Assembly (NCBI GenBank): GCA_963808625.1
Contig: CAWEHK010000018.1
Span: 32,001 to 96,000 of the forward strand
Direction of reading: 5' to 3'
Source of the DNA: an uncultured delta proteobacterium
GTDB taxonomy: Bacteria; Desulfobacterota; Syntrophobacteria; Syntrophobacterales; Syntrophobacteraceae
Length of the DNA: 64,000 nt
Both the position numbers and the translations under genes were made by a program. The notes beneath the pieces are model-generated. The model searched no databases and was not told where the DNA came from. It saw only the letters and a list, made by a program, of their open reading frames with translations. Every line of letters begins with the position of its first letter. Position 1 is the stretch's first letter. Positions 41,245-53,126 of the stretch are shown piece by piece.

Positions 41245-42210
41245 TCAAACCACCCGTCTCAATTCTTCGACTGCCTTGAGCACCTCGTCTTTCGTATCAG
41301 CCCGGAACACGCTGTTCCGTAAGGGTTTCGTTCCCCTTAGCCCTCTCGTATACCAGATGAAGAATTTGCGGAAGCAGGCGATCCCCCTCTTTTCCCCATA
41401 ATACTGAACCACAAGGTTAAGATGGTTCGTGATTGTAGTGATGCGTTCATCGATACCGGGTTTTTCGCAAAGCGTGCCGTCTTGAAAGAACCTGATTACT
41501 TCCCTGTATATCCACGGGTATCCAAGGGAGCCTCGGGCAATGGCCACGCCGTCGCAACCGGTCTCATCAAACATCTTTTTGATTGAATGCACTGAGAGGT
41601 TGTCGCCGCTGGCAATGACGGGTATTGCCAAGGCCTTTTTCACTTCCTGTATGGTCCGGTAATCTACCTTTCCGCCATACCCCTGACTCCTCGTTCTCCC
41701 GTGTATGAAGAGAGCACTGACACCGGCATCCTCGGCACAGAGGGCAACCCGCCGTGCGTTCACCGAGGTGGCGTCCCATCCTGTCCTGATTTTCACCGTC
41801 ACCGGGACCTTAGCGTGTTCAACGAGCACTTTAAGCAGCTTTCCAAGCGTGTGGGGCTCTCTGAGGAGGGCTGCCCCTTTGCCTTTGCGCGTTACTTTGG
41901 GTGCGGGACAGGCAGCATTAAGATCAAGAAGATCGAAATCATGATCTTCAATGGCTTCGAGGGCTTTCACGAAATATGCTTCATCATTACCCAAAAGCTG
42001 AATTCCCAGAGGCCGGTCATCGGGGGTGGAGGTGAGCATACGGCGGGTTCTCTTTTCACCCTGACTTATGGCCCTTGCATCAATCATCTCAGTAAATGCC
42101 AGCGGAGCACCGAAGGAACGGGTAACAATCCGAAAGGGAAGATCACTCACCCCGGCCATGGGAGCAAGCATAAAGGGGACAGACAGCGTAATATTGCCAA
42201 TTTTAAGCAC
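41245..42210 (-). CDS. dusB: tRNA-dihydrouridine synthase
   Basis: LAPMAGVSD, DLNAACP, VTVKIRTGW, IHGRTR, ARGSLGYPW. Confidence 0.92.
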   Translation of the reverse strand: MLKIGNITLSVPFMLAPMAGVSDLPFRIVTRSFGAPLAFTEMIDARAISQGEKRTRRMLTSTPDDRPLGIQLLGNDEAYFVKALEAIEDHDFDLLDLNAACPAPKVTRKGKGAALLREPHTLGKLLKVLVEHAKVPVTVKIRTGWDATSVNARRVALCAEDAGVSALFIHGRTRSQGYGGKVDYRTIQEVKKALAIPVIASGDNLSVHSIKKMFDETGCDGVAIARGSLGYPWIYREVIRFFQDGTLCEKPGIDERITTITNHLNLVVQYYGEKRGIACFRKFFIWYTRGLRGTKPLRNSVFRADTKDEVLKAVEELRRVV

Positions 42211-42633
42211 GCTTTATGCTATCCTTCAGTTTCCCTGGGCGAGCTCGGCTTTTTCTCTTTAGCCCACACTTCCCAGTCATATGGTAAATTGATGAATCTC
42301 CGACAAAGGGTAACCATAGAGGTAGCCCCCGAGGAAGATACCATGAATCCTTCGCGAACGCCAGACGCCCTTCCACAACGCAGTAGATTGGATCTCCCCA
42401 GACTGCTGGATCGTAGCACCAATTGTCAAATTGACACGCTGATTAGGCAAAATGGGTGCAATTAGAAGTGGGAGTTGTGACAGATCTGAACGCAACAATA
42501 ATAGCTTTGGACATACCCAAATCGTCATTACGGCACGCTTTAAGCCGGAATCCAGGAGTACATCTGCAGCGGTGAAACTGCCCTGGATTCCGGCTAGTAC
42601 GCGTGGGCGGAAGTCACTAATTGGTTTCGGCTG

Positions 42634-42661
42634 GTAGGGGCGACCGGCCGGTCGCCCCTAC
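42634..42661. repeat. Perfect 28-bp palindromic GTAG REP
   Basis: GTAGGGGCGACCGGCCGGTCGCCCCTAC; second copy at 54433. Confidence 0.85.
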
Positions 42662-42715
42662 ACAATCCGGTTGAATCGTCGCTGAACTGACCAGAAACTT
42701 CCGCCCGGCTGTACC

Positions 42716-42843
42716 AGTACACATGGGCATAAGTTCGTGCATGTTTGCGGTGGGCAAAAAAACCTGCCCACCCTACGCCGGGAACACTGTAGGGTGGGCA
42801 CAGCTTCACCGTGCCCACCGGAACTGGCTACTATTTCGGCCCA
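42716..42843. repeat. ~130-bp REPIN-like element
   Basis: Nearly identical to 27449-27580. Confidence 0.85.
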
Positions 42844-43193
42844 GTTACTAGAAGATTGCCGGAATGACGATAGTGGCTCAGCAGCAGGCATTCGGGACGA
42901 AGGTTACTCCCGCTTCTGATTACACCCAGGCGAAATTATGCGCTTGACAACCCAACGAGACCAGGTTAATTCTTATTTTGCGATTTTACGAAGACTACTT
43001 CGGTCAAGATTTCCTATCTGTTGTCCTAGCTGATAACCTCACACGGAGACCCACAACCTGGCTGAATCCGAAAAAATCAATCCAATTCGCTCGCCGTCAA
43101 GGCGAGTGTTCTTCAGGACGTCCACTGCGGCAGCGGCCATGGGTTTGCTTGCCGTATCGCTTTATCACCTGCACACCATGGAGGAGGGATCTG

Positions 43194-43880
43194 ATGAAAA
43201 TAGTGTTTGGTCTGACGGCAGTAATGCTCGTGCTGGCGATGGGCTGCGCCACCACCCAACGGCAGGAAGTTGAAGAGCATCCGGCAATCTGTGCGTTCCT
43301 CGGCGAAGCCTGCCGGGAGCTCCAACCCGGCGCGAGCGGGCAGCCGAGTCTGCGCTGGGTCAACCCCAACGCTCAGCCGACCAGGTACAACAAGGTGATC
43401 ATCGAGATGGTCGGCTTCTTCGGCTCCGATCCGGCAAACGTGTCGCTCGCGGATGAACAGATGCTCACCGACTTGTTCTACAGGACGCTCAATGACGAGC
43501 TGGCGAAGAAGTTCCAGATCGTAGACCAGCCCGGTCCGGATGTGGCGCGCATCCGGGTTGCGATCCTGGATGCCGAGGCAGCGACAAGGGGAGCGCGGTC
43601 AGTCACGATGGTGGTCCCGCAGCTGCGCCTTCTCACCACCGGCACCTCTCTCGTAACAGGAAGGTATCCCTTCTCCGGGGGTGGAATGGCGGTCGCGAAG
43701 GTCTCGGACTCCGTGACCGGCCAAATCATCGCAGCCGGAGTGGACCGGCGTTCCGGTGGGGGGGCGATCCAGGCCGCGGCCCAGTGGCAGTGGGGCGACG
43801 CTGCGAACGCGATCCAGAAGTGGTCTGAGCTGGTTACCAACGGGCTGTATGCCTACACGTCGGGCGCCCGGAAACCCTAG
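43194..43880 (+). CDS. DUF3313-like lipoprotein
   Basis: GGAGGAGG RBS, lipobox LAMGC, DSVTGQIIAAGVDRR. Confidence 0.78.
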   Translation: MKIVFGLTAVMLVLAMGCATTQRQEVEEHPAICAFLGEACRELQPGASGQPSLRWVNPNAQPTRYNKVIIEMVGFFGSDPANVSLADEQMLTDLFYRTLNDELAKKFQIVDQPGPDVARIRVAILDAEAATRGARSVTMVVPQLRLLTTGTSLVTGRYPFSGGGMAVAKVSDSVTGQIIAAGVDRRSGGGAIQAAAQWQWGDAANAIQKWSELVTNGLYAYTSGARKP

Positions 43881-43965
43881 GGGTGAGGCGAGAGGCTCTG
43901 AGGAATGCGCCTAACTGATGATTGACTGACGCGAGCCGGAACCGGACCCCGCCATTGCGCAGGCA

Positions 43966-45558
43966 ATGATCGTCGGGCGATCAACAAGCGTGCTGCACCA
44001 GAGCAATGGAATAGTGATAGCAAGGACAGTCAAATTACTGAAATGGTCGGCGGTGGTGGTCGCCGTATGCGCAGTGACGGTGCTGGCCGTACGTGCCTAC
44101 GACTCGCAGCGCGGTCCGCCGCTCCAACTGTGGCATACCCACGTTCCCCATGAACTGAAGGCCGGGGAACTCGCCAAGTCGGACTGGAATGCTTACCTGG
44201 TCGCCGAGCAGGCCGTTTTCGACGACGTGCGGACGGAGGTGACGCAGAAGCTCGACCCGGAAGATCGCGTCACCGCCAATCGCTACTTCGACGGCAGCCC
44301 GATCAATCCGGAAAGGTTTGCCCGGGACTGGAACCGCTCCTTCATCATGGAGCCCGACGGCGCTCCGGTTGGCGCGGTCGTGATCCTGCACGGACTCACG
44401 GATTCACCTTACAGTTCGCGCCACATCGCGCGGCGCTATCGCGATGACGGGTTCGTCGCCATCGCGATCAGGCTGCCCGGTCATGGCACGGTGCCGGCCG
44501 GCCTCACCACCGTCGAATGGGAAGACTGGTCGGAAGCGACCCGCCTTGCGGTCAGGGAAGCCCGGCGGCGCATCGGCCCGTCCCTGCCATTGCATCTGGT
44601 CGGGTATTCCAACGGCGGGGCGCTGGCGATGAAGTACACGCTCGATGCACTCGGCGACAAGACCTTGTCACGGCCGGACCGCATCGTCCTGATTTCACCG
44701 ATGATCGGCGTCACCAGCATGGCCCGGTTCGCCGGCGTGCTTGGCTGGCCGGCAATATTTCCCGCCTTCGCCAAAGCGGCGTGGCTCAGCATCGTGCCGG
44801 AGTTCAATCCCTTCAAATACAACTCCTTTCCGGTCAACGCCGCACGGCAATCGTCGCTGACTGCGCGCGCCCTGCAAGAACAGATTGCGCAAAACGGGCG
44901 CGAAGGCCGGCTGGCCGAGTTGCCGCCCATTCTCACCTTTCAATCGGTGGTGGATTTCACGGTCAGCACGCGCGCGATCGTCGACGCGCTTTATGTCAAT
45001 CTGCCGGCGAACGGCAGTGAGCTCGTGTTGTTCGACCTGAACCGGCATGCCAGGTTCGGCCCGCTCCTGCGGCCCGGCACCGACACCATTCTGGCCCGGC
45101 TCCTGCCCGAACCGCCACGCAACTTCAGGACCACCATCATCACCAACGCGAGCCCCGACAGCAGCGAGGTCGTGGAGCGGGTCATCGATGCGGGTGCAAC
45201 GACCGAGCATTCGCGCGCGTTGGGTCTCACGTACCCGGACGATGTCTTTTCACTGTCGCATATCGCGCTGCCGTTTCCCATTGACGATGCGCTGTACGGC
45301 ATGCAACCCGATCCGCGCGAGGACTTCGGCGTGAACCTCGGCGCCATGGCGAAGCGCGGCGAGCGCAACACGCTGATCGTCAGCATCGATTCGTTGAACC
45401 GCATGTCGTCCAACCCGTTCTTCCCGTACCTGCTGGCACGAATCGAAGAAGGCATCGGCACGGGATCAAAAGGCGTGTCGCCGCCTCCGGCAATCCCCGT
45501 GCACCCGCGCGAAAACGCACCGGGGCGGGCAGCACCTGCAGCAGGTCCGGCAAAATGA
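43966..45558 (+). CDS. Alpha/beta hydrolase
   Basis: LHGLTDSPYS, RLPGHG, GYSNGG nucleophile elbow, SLSH; start uncertain. Confidence 0.85.
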   Translation: MIVGRSTSVLHQSNGIVIARTVKLLKWSAVVVAVCAVTVLAVRAYDSQRGPPLQLWHTHVPHELKAGELAKSDWNAYLVAEQAVFDDVRTEVTQKLDPEDRVTANRYFDGSPINPERFARDWNRSFIMEPDGAPVGAVVILHGLTDSPYSSRHIARRYRDDGFVAIAIRLPGHGTVPAGLTTVEWEDWSEATRLAVREARRRIGPSLPLHLVGYSNGGALAMKYTLDALGDKTLSRPDRIVLISPMIGVTSMARFAGVLGWPAIFPAFAKAAWLSIVPEFNPFKYNSFPVNAARQSSLTARALQEQIAQNGREGRLAELPPILTFQSVVDFTVSTRAIVDALYVNLPANGSELVLFDLNRHARFGPLLRPGTDTILARLLPEPPRNFRTTIITNASPDSSEVVERVIDAGATTEHSRALGLTYPDDVFSLSHIALPFPIDDALYGMQPDPREDFGVNLGAMAKRGERNTLIVSIDSLNRMSSNPFFPYLLARIEEGIGTGSKGVSPPPAIPVHPRENAPGRAAPAAGPAK

Positions 45559-46818
45559 ACGGGGCCATTTGCCGAGTCCGTCACCGCAGGGTCCCGCAAA
45601 GATCTACGCCGACCATCGTGATCGTCATGCGTCTTGCCCTCGTTTGCGCCGTTCTCTGCCTCGCAGGCTGTGCCATTCTGCCGCGCAACGCGGTGCCTGT
45701 GGACCTGATGCGCAGGCCGTGATTCCAGGCATGCCTGAAATACGTGCGCCCGCCGGCCAAATCAGCGCCGCGATGATGAGCGATCTGGCACGGTCCTTCG
45801 AACAGGAATCACCGAGCGATTTTCCGATCGATCCCGACGGCTACGTCCACTATGCCCATCTCGCGCTGTCGGGCGGCGGAGCGAACGGCGCGTTCGGGGC
45901 GGGGTTCCTGAGCGGCTGGACGAAGATGGGACATCGCCCGGTCTTCAAGATCGTCACCGGTGTATCGACCGGGGCGTTGATGGCGCCGTATGCATTTCTT
46001 GGTCCTGAGTACGACGGCGCAATGCGGCAGTTCTACACGACCACGGCGTCACGCAATATCTTCAGGAGGCTTTCGATCGTGCCCCAGTTACTGAGCGGCG
46101 AGTCACTGGCGGACACGGGACCGCTGATGGCGATGCTCGAGCAAGCGGTGGATGCCGAGTTCCTGCGCGCTGTTGCGCAAGCGCATGAGTCCGGCCGGCG
46201 GCTCTACATCGGCACCGTGGACCTGGACTCCCAGCGCTTCGTCGTGTGGAACATGGGGCTCATCGCGACGAGCGGTCGTCCGGGGGCTCTCGAACTGTTC
46301 CGCAGCATCATGCTGGCGTCCGCTTCGGTGCCGATCGCGTTTCCGCCCGTGTTCTTCGACGTCGAGGCAGGCGGCCGGCGCTACGACGAGATGCACGTCG
46401 ATGGCTCTGTGGGCTTCAACGTGTTCTACACCGGAGGGGCATTCAGTTTCTCCGCCGCTCGTGCGGGCGTGGGGCGCGGTCAAGGACGCGAAGACATCTT
46501 CGTCATTCACAACGGACAACTGCTCCCGGTGCCGGCGACGACGTCCCGGTCGCTGCGCAGTATTGCCATGCGTTCCTTCGAGTTGGCGGCCAAATCGAAG
46601 ACCATCGGGGACCTCTTCCGCATTTACGCCGTATCCTTGCGGGAATCGGCGGGCTTCAAGATGGATTACCATTCCCGAGGGTGCGGAGCTGTCCGGGAAC
46701 GAAGTGTTCGATCCTGTCGTGATGAGGCAGCTGTATGAGATCGGCTACCAGAAGGCGCTCGCAGGGACCGGTATGGTCGACCGATCCTCCGGGATTGCAG
46801 TTCCAGCCGACGCCCTGA
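45555..46818 (+). CDS. Patatin-like phospholipase lipoprotein (frameshifts near 45710, 46660, 46765)
   Basis: Lipobox LAGC, LSGGGANGAFGAG, GVSTG, ASASVP, HVDG. Confidence 0.82.
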
Positions 46819-47136
46819 AGCAATTTTCACCTTTTGCCTGCTACCGCGGCAAGGTGCCCGTCACCAGCATCTCGATCGGTCAACCCGGCGCCGCATCACG
46901 GCTCTGCACGGAACCGGCGGGCGTGATGGAGCAGGAAGCCCATTTCCCGGCGGCCTTGCAGTCCTTAGTCAATCTCCTCATCGACGGCAACAAGCCGGCA
47001 ATGCGCTCGGTCGCCGATCAGATCGCCGTGGTCGCAAGCCGACTTCCAAAAACATCAGCCTCACCGGAATAGGACTGACGGCCCTGCCCAACCCGGTGCA
47101 GGACCGTCGGTATCCTGGCCAGGAGGTCATCAACAT

Positions 47137-47874
47137 ATGCCTGTACGGAAGAGGATACCGTCCCACCGGGTTCAACCGCGCGCAAGGCCCAAGAAATACT
47201 TTCCGGAGCGCTTGCTCGACCCCATCGATCTACTGTCCGAAATGATCTTCAGCATCCTCATCGTGCTGACCTTTACCTTGGCGTTCAGGATATTCAAGCT
47301 TGGCAACGACCCCGGCCAGGTGATCTCGGCCGAGTACATCGACGATCTCCTCATCGGCGCCCTGGGCGCGACGCTGGCATCGGGCTTGATCGACGGCATC
47401 ATGTACGCGTTGATGTCCATGTTCGAGCGCGGCGAGAAACACCGTCTGCTGCTGCGCATCCAAACCGCGACGACGCAAGAGGAAGGCATTGAGGCGATTG
47501 CGGAAGAGCTGGATCATATTCTTGAACCGATCACGGGATCGGAAAAACGACGTGCGCTCTATGCAGACGTACTCGAACATCTGCATGATAGCCACCCACA
47601 GCCGGTAAGGCTCACGCGCGAGGACCTGGCCGGCGCGTTCGGGTCTGTGCTGGTGGCGATCATCGCCGTGCTGCCGTCGCTGACGCCACTGCTGCTCCTG
47701 CGCAGCAACTATGCGCTCGCGATTCGGGTCTCGAACGTCGTGTCGTTCGTCGTGCTCTTTATCGCCGGCTACCAATGGGGAAGACACACCGGCGCCAACC
47801 CGTGGAGAACCGGCTTGCTGTTATTCGCAGTTGGCGCAATCATGGTGCTGATCGCGATTCCGCTGGGGGGATAA
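47137..47874 (+). CDS. VIT1/CCC1-like membrane protein
   Basis: LDPIDLLSEMIF, GLIDGIMY, multiple TM segments. Confidence 0.65.
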   Translation: MPVRKRIPSHRVQPRARPKKYFPERLLDPIDLLSEMIFSILIVLTFTLAFRIFKLGNDPGQVISAEYIDDLLIGALGATLASGLIDGIMYALMSMFERGEKHRLLLRIQTATTQEEGIEAIAEELDHILEPITGSEKRRALYADVLEHLHDSHPQPVRLTREDLAGAFGSVLVAIIAVLPSLTPLLLLRSNYALAIRVSNVVSFVVLFIAGYQWGRHTGANPWRTGLLLFAVGAIMVLIAIPLGG

Positions 47875-47882
47875 CAACGTAT

Positions 47883-47997
47883 GGAACGACATTTCTGCTC
47901 CGTTTTTACTCAAAACCTGAAACGAAAATGTCCTTGAGAACTCCTTGACAATCTCCAGAGGACCTGCTATCCAAAAACCTCCAAGAAGCAATTTCCT
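47883..47997 (+). promoter_or_regulatory. Repeated promoter-like element, copy 1
   Basis: TCCTTGACA-N17-TATCCA then CTCCAAGAAGCAATTTCC; copies at 51427 and 60956. Confidence 0.65.
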
Positions 47998-48178
47998 AAT
48001 AGAAAAATTGCATTTCTGCCATCATCATTGCCAAGCAAGTTATTGTTGTGAGGAGGAGAATCATGAAAGCCAGCATAATAAGCCCCGAGCCTCGCGGCTC
48101 CCGGGATTGCACTAGAATGCGACGGCACACCCAGTTCCGTGGATCTCACGGATCGTGGACGCGGGCCAGGAGGCTGCG

Positions 48179-49543
48179 ATGAACTCGACCAGTGGAGGTA
48201 CCGGCAGGAAGGGCACTGCGGCGGTCGCGGAGAACGCGGACCCGGCGAGGGTCGAAGCGGCGATTCGTCGGGTCGTCGAGCTGAGCGGAGGGATGGATTG
48301 GCTCGAGCCCGGGCAGTCCGTGGTGATCAAGCCCGCCCTGAACTCCACGCACTCCTTTCCGTTCACCGCGAGCCCGGCGTCCTGCGCCGCGCTGGTCCGG
48401 ATGTGCCTGGAGCGCGGGGCGAAGAAGGTCTACGTTGCCGACGAGACCGGCTTCGAGCACACGATGTTCAAGCACTGGAAGACCGGCCAGTTCGCGGGAT
48501 TCGAGAAGGACCAGACCATCAAGTCCTTCAAGAGGACCGGGATCTACGATGCCGTGAGAGCGGTCGGCGACGAGCTGGGCGCAGCCGATCGCATCCACGT
48601 CACCACCTTCCGAGAGGACGGCTGGCGCAGGCACGAGCTGAGCACGGGCAGGGGCCGGATGGGGTCAGGCGGCTTCGCGCTCCACAACGAGTGGGTCAAG
48701 GAGCAGCTGAAGGGAGCCGAGAAGCTCGGCGGCGGCCAGGCGCGGCGCAGGTACCTGCCTCGCCTGTTCGATCGGAAGCCCGGGGGCTCGAAGGCCGGGT
48801 TGTGGGTGCCGTCGCTTCTGGACGAGGCCGATCACATCATCAACGTCTTTCGGGTCTCGACGCACGTCTGGTCCCACTTCACCATGGCGATCAAGAACTG
48901 GGTGGGGATCATGCGCCCGGACGATCGTGTCTGGATGCACCAGCTGAACTACCTGAAGAACAACCGGCATTCCCGGCACGGGCTGGGCTGGGACCACCCG
49001 ATCCGGAGCGAGCCTCTGTACCATGAACAGCTGGCGGAGCTGCACCTCGCACACGCGGACAAGGAGAGGCTGTGCGTCGCCGACGCCACGCAGGTCATCG
49101 TCACCGGGGGGCCCGACGGGACGGACCAGCCCTTGTGCCAAACGGATCTGGTCCTGGCCGCCACCGACATCGTTGCGGCCGACGTGGCCAGCCTCGCCAT
49201 CCTGCGCTACGGCACGCTGAAGGCACCGGACGGGCTGCACGGCCAGTATCAACCCCAGCCGAGCGGATGGCTAGAGGCGGCCAGCGGCTTGATCAAGGAC
49301 CTCAGATGGCCCAAGGGCAAGCACGTGTTCCGGGGAACCGATGGGAAGCTGTGCGATCCGGAGTTCAGCAACTGGGACTGGGTCGCCATCCAGCGCGCCC
49401 GGGAGCTGGGGCTCGGCGTCGAACGCCCGGCGGACCTCGACCTGAGATTCGAAGAGGGGAGTTCGGGTTTCGCGGTGTCGAAGGAGAAGCGTGCCTGGAT
49501 AGCCGAGGACGTGTCGCGCGGGCCGCGGTACGAGCTGAAGTGA
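48179..49543 (+). CDS. DUF362 domain protein
   Basis: GGMDWLEPGQSVVIKPALN, EADHIINV, THVWSHFTMAIKNWVG, DIVAAD; AGGAGG RBS. Confidence 0.78.
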   Translation: MNSTSGGTGRKGTAAVAENADPARVEAAIRRVVELSGGMDWLEPGQSVVIKPALNSTHSFPFTASPASCAALVRMCLERGAKKVYVADETGFEHTMFKHWKTGQFAGFEKDQTIKSFKRTGIYDAVRAVGDELGAADRIHVTTFREDGWRRHELSTGRGRMGSGGFALHNEWVKEQLKGAEKLGGGQARRRYLPRLFDRKPGGSKAGLWVPSLLDEADHIINVFRVSTHVWSHFTMAIKNWVGIMRPDDRVWMHQLNYLKNNRHSRHGLGWDHPIRSEPLYHEQLAELHLAHADKERLCVADATQVIVTGGPDGTDQPLCQTDLVLAATDIVAADVASLAILRYGTLKAPDGLHGQYQPQPSGWLEAASGLIKDLRWPKGKHVFRGTDGKLCDPEFSNWDWVAIQRARELGLGVERPADLDLRFEEGSSGFAVSKEKRAWIAEDVSRGPRYELK

Positions 49544-49574
49544 GCCGACGGGCCGGCCCGCGCGCGTCAGCCCC

Positions 49575-49790
49575 TCACCACGTGTAGCCGACGAACACGA
49601 GCGGGCCGTCGTACGTCATGTCGAAGAGCTTGCGATCGGCGCCCTCGCCCTGGTCGTAGTCGACCTTGGTCCAGCGCCACGCGAGGCCCGTGACCCATCG
49701 CTGCGACAGGCGGAAGCCGAGGTCCGCGCGCGCGTTCCAGGTCACGTCCGAGCCGAGGCCGGCCACGTCAGCGTGGACGAAGACGTTCGC
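49575..49790 (-). pseudogene. C-terminal fragment of an outer-membrane beta-barrel protein
   Basis: Amphipathic beta strands ending GPLVFVGYTW; no N-terminus, cut at hairpin 49794-49826. Confidence 0.6.
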
Positions 49791-49856
49791 CTGAGTGGGC
49801 GCAGGTCTCTGTCGCCTGCGCCCACTATCTCAACCCTTACGACGAGTCTATGAGCA

Positions 49857-50504
49857 ATGACGCCGTCTGAGTTCCACGTTCCGCCGCTCTTCGACTACTT
49901 CGCCACTTTCCTGTGGGCGTTGAGCGGTGCCATCGTAGGCATGCATAAGCGTTATGACATTGCGGGTGTCCTGGTAATTGCCTTGCTCGCATCGACGGGC
50001 GGCAGTCTGATCCGTGATGGTTTCTTTTTGCAGCAAACGCCCCCCGTGCTCAGAGACGGCTGGTACATCCCGTTGATTGTGCTGGCCACTGCCATCGTCA
50101 GCCTCTTTCGTCAGCGGATCGCCCGGATGTCGCTGGTAGATCGGGCCATCGACGTGATTGATGCGATTGGCGTCCCGGCCTTTGCCGTGTTAGGCATGCA
50201 GCTATCCCTGGCTGCAGGAATCCCGTCGCCGGGCGTGGTGCTGGTGGGTGTGGTCAACGGCTTTGGCGGTGGCTTGCTGCGCGACCTGGTCGTTGGCGAT
50301 ACACCGACCATCCTGAAGCCGGGCCAATTCTATATCTCGGCTGCGATTTTTGTCTGTATACTCTTTGTCTTCCTCGTCCGATGGCTTGGGATTGACAATA
50401 AAATCGCTGCCTGGGGCATCATAGTACTCTTTTTCACCGTTCGTATGTTGAGTATCCGCTACGATTGGCGGACACGTCCAGTTCTGCGTGATCCTCCATC
50501 ATAG
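49857..50504 (+). CDS. TRIC/UPF0126 (YadS-like) membrane protein
   Basis: Duplicated GGSLIRD / GGGLLRD motifs, DAIG. Confidence 0.88.
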   Translation: MTPSEFHVPPLFDYFATFLWALSGAIVGMHKRYDIAGVLVIALLASTGGSLIRDGFFLQQTPPVLRDGWYIPLIVLATAIVSLFRQRIARMSLVDRAIDVIDAIGVPAFAVLGMQLSLAAGIPSPGVVLVGVVNGFGGGLLRDLVVGDTPTILKPGQFYISAAIFVCILFVFLVRWLGIDNKIAAWGIIVLFFTVRMLSIRYDWRTRPVLRDPPS

Positions 50505-50621
50505 TGCAAAACCACGCAGGGTCCGGATCCGACAAGGAGCAAACGTTGTGTATAGTGCGGTCGTATCGCTCGTCATCGACCGTCTTTCAATCTTTCAAAC
50601 CCCTATCAGAGGAGAAATCGC

Positions 50622-50999
50622 ATGAGTTATTTCTGGGACGCCGTCGTGCTGATGACATCGACATTTTTTTTCATCGCGTACCTGATTGTCCTCTTCCAGG
50701 TCGTGATCGACCTCTTCCGGGACTCGGAAATGGGTGGCGGCTCGAAAGTGCTCTGGATCATCGGCCTCATCTTTCTTCCGGTCCTGACGGCCCTCATCTA
50801 CATCCTTGTCCGGGGCGAAGGCATGGCCGAGCGGCAGCGCTCCGCATTGCGCAGCGCCAAAGCGGACACTGAGGCGTATATCCGCGAAGTGGCGGCAAAA
50901 TCCCCAGCCGACCAGATTGCCGACGCAAAGAAATTGCTCGATGCCGGCACCATCAGCAACGACGAATTCGCACGCCTGAAGGCTAAGGCGCTCGCGTGA
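50622..50999 (+). CDS. PLDc_N + SHOCT domain membrane protein
   Basis: DLFRD...KVLW, KKLLDAGTISNDEFARLKAKAL. Confidence 0.85.
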   Translation: MSYFWDAVVLMTSTFFFIAYLIVLFQVVIDLFRDSEMGGGSKVLWIIGLIFLPVLTALIYILVRGEGMAERQRSALRSAKADTEAYIREVAAKSPADQIADAKKLLDAGTISNDEFARLKAKALA

Positions 51000-51030
51000 C
51001 TTTCTCAATCGTCGATTGCAAGGCGCTCCG

Positions 51031-51150
51031 ATGAGGCCGGTCCACGAGACAAAGGCCAACGCGCGGCCGAGGGAAGGTGACCCGGTCCTCATAGATCTGG
51101 CCCTGCAGGGCGGGGGCTCGCACGGCGCCTTTCCCTGGGGCGTGCTCGAC
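51031..51150 (+). pseudogene. N-terminal fragment of a patatin-like phospholipase
   Basis: IDLALQGGGSHGAFPWGVLD then homology ends. Confidence 0.65.
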
Positions 51151-51426
51151 CCTCGACCTCGACGCAATGCCGGAAGGCCTCTGATGGTCCCGGGCCTTAT
51201 CGGCACGCTGCTCCCCCAAAAGGAACAGGGAACGACATTTCTGCTCCATCCTTACTCAAAAAACGAAACAAAAGAGCCTCCTGCAAAAGTCCTTTTCACC
51301 CCCTTCGGTATATCAGGACAGGCTTCGATACCTCAGGGCGAACGGACTTTTGCATGCGTAAGGTGCTCAATTTCCTTTCGTGGTGAGGTATCGAACGACG
51401 AATGGAAATAGTTCTGCAAGTGGCTC

Positions 51427-51518
51427 AAAAATGTCCTTGAAAACCTCCTTGACAGTCTCTAGAAAATCTTGTAGACAAATTCTTCCGTGTATACGAGCTG
51501 CTCCAAGAAGCAATTTCC
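51427..51518 (+). promoter_or_regulatory. Repeated promoter-like element, copy 2 (upstream of arcD)
   Basis: AAAATGTCCTTGA..CTCCTTGACA and CTCCAAGAAGCAATTTCC. Confidence 0.6.
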
Positions 51519-51669
51519 TATCACCCCACACGCGATCTCTGGCCCAGTTAGTGCGATTCGGTTTTTGAGCTCGGCGTCGTGCTGAACATCTCCAATGGTT
51601 GGAGAGACCTGATTCGCAGCGATATGTCCGCGCTGCAAGCGTTTAAACAGTTATTCGGGGAGGAACGAC

Positions 51670-53094
51670 ATGGCTTCGACTGAACAGAAAATGTCACGGT
51701 TGCAACTGACCGCGATGGTGGTCGGCAGTATGATCGGCGCGGGCATCTTTTCGCTCCCGCGGACCTTCGCCGGTGCCACCGGGCCGATGGGCGCGGTCAT
51801 CGCATGGCTCATCGCGGGCACGGGCATGTACATGCTGGCCCGCGTGTTCCAGGCACTGGCCGAGCGCAAGCCCGATCTCGATGCCGGCGTCTTCGCGTAT
51901 GCGAAGGCCGGGTTCGGTGACTACCCCGGCTTCCTGTCGGCCTTCGGCTACTGGATGTCCAGTTGCATCGGCAACGTGTCCTACTGGGTGCTGATCAAAT
52001 CGACGCTCGGGGCGTTTTTTCCCATCTTCGGCGACGGCAACACGGTGACGGCGATCGCGGTCGCGTCGCTCGGCATCTGGCTCTTCCATTTCCTGATTTT
52101 GCGCGGCGTCCAGCAGGCCGCGTTCATCAACAGCATCGTCACGGTCGCCAAGATCATTCCGATCCTGGTCTTCATCGTGATCCTGTTCTTCGCCTTCAAG
52201 CTCGACCTGTTCAACATGAACCTCTATGGGGGCGATCTGGTTGGAAACCTGTTCGAGCAGGTCAAGGCGACGATGCTCGTCACCGTTTTCGTGTTCATCG
52301 GCATCGAAGGCGCGAGCGTCTACTCGCGCTACGCGAAGGAGCGCGCGGACGTCGGCAAGGCGACGATCCTGGGCTTCATCGGCGTCACGGGCATCATGGT
52401 GCTGGTGACGTTGCTGCCGTACGCCGCGCTGGCGCGTGCTGACATCGCCGGCATGCGTCAGCCATCGATGGCGGGGGTGCTGGAGGCCGTGGTCGGGCAC
52501 TGGGGCGCGATTTTCGTCAGCCTGGGGCTCATCCTTTCGGTGCTCGGCGCCTACCTGGCCTGGTCGCTGATCTGCGCCGAAGTGATGTTCGCCGCGGGGA
52601 AGTCCAAGGACATGCCGTCGGTGTTCGTCAAGGTCAACAAGAACAATGTGCCCGTGGTAGCCCTCTGGGCGACCAGCATCGTCGTCCAGCTCATCGTGAT
52701 CACGACCTACTGGTCGCGCGATGCGTTCTCTCTGATGCTGAACCTGACCAGCGCAGCGACGCTGATTCCGTACCTGTTCGTCGCCGCCTACGGCCTGCTG
52801 ATTGCCAAGCGCGGTGAAACCTACGACCAACGGCCGCAGGAGCGCAACCGCGACCTGATCCTGGCCTCCATCGCCACCCTGTACACGGTCTTCATGATCT
52901 ACGCCGGCGGCCTCAAGTTCATCCTGCTTTCCGCCCTTTTGTTTGCGCCGGGAACGCTGCTGTATTTCTGGGCGCGGCGCGAGCAGGGCAAGCCAGTCTT
53001 CAACAAGCCCTCGGATTGGGTCATTTTCGGCATCACTGTTGCCGGTGCCATCGTCGGCATCTACGGTATGGCGACCGGGCTTATTAAAATCTAA
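51670..53094 (+). CDS. arcD: Arginine/ornithine antiporter (APC family)
   Basis: [31 protein letters not shown]; adjacent to arcA. Confidence 0.9.
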   Translation: MASTEQKMSRLQLTAMVVGSMIGAGIFSLPRTFAGATGPMGAVIAWLIAGTGMYMLARVFQALAERKPDLDAGVFAYAKAGFGDYPGFLSAFGYWMSSCIGNVSYWVLIKSTLGAFFPIFGDGNTVTAIAVASLGIWLFHFLILRGVQQAAFINSIVTVAKIIPILVFIVILFFAFKLDLFNMNLYGGDLVGNLFEQVKATMLVTVFVFIGIEGASVYSRYAKERADVGKATILGFIGVTGIMVLVTLLPYAALARADIAGMRQPSMAGVLEAVVGHWGAIFVSLGLILSVLGAYLAWSLICAEVMFAAGKSKDMPSVFVKVNKNNVPVVALWATSIVVQLIVITTYWSRDAFSLMLNLTSAATLIPYLFVAAYGLLIAKRGETYDQRPQERNRDLILASIATLYTVFMIYAGGLKFILLSALLFAPGTLLYFWARREQGKPVFNKPSDWVIFGITVAGAIVGIYGMATGLIKI

Positions 53095-53126
53095 ACACAG
53101 AGTTCAATTTAGGCACAGGAGTTATC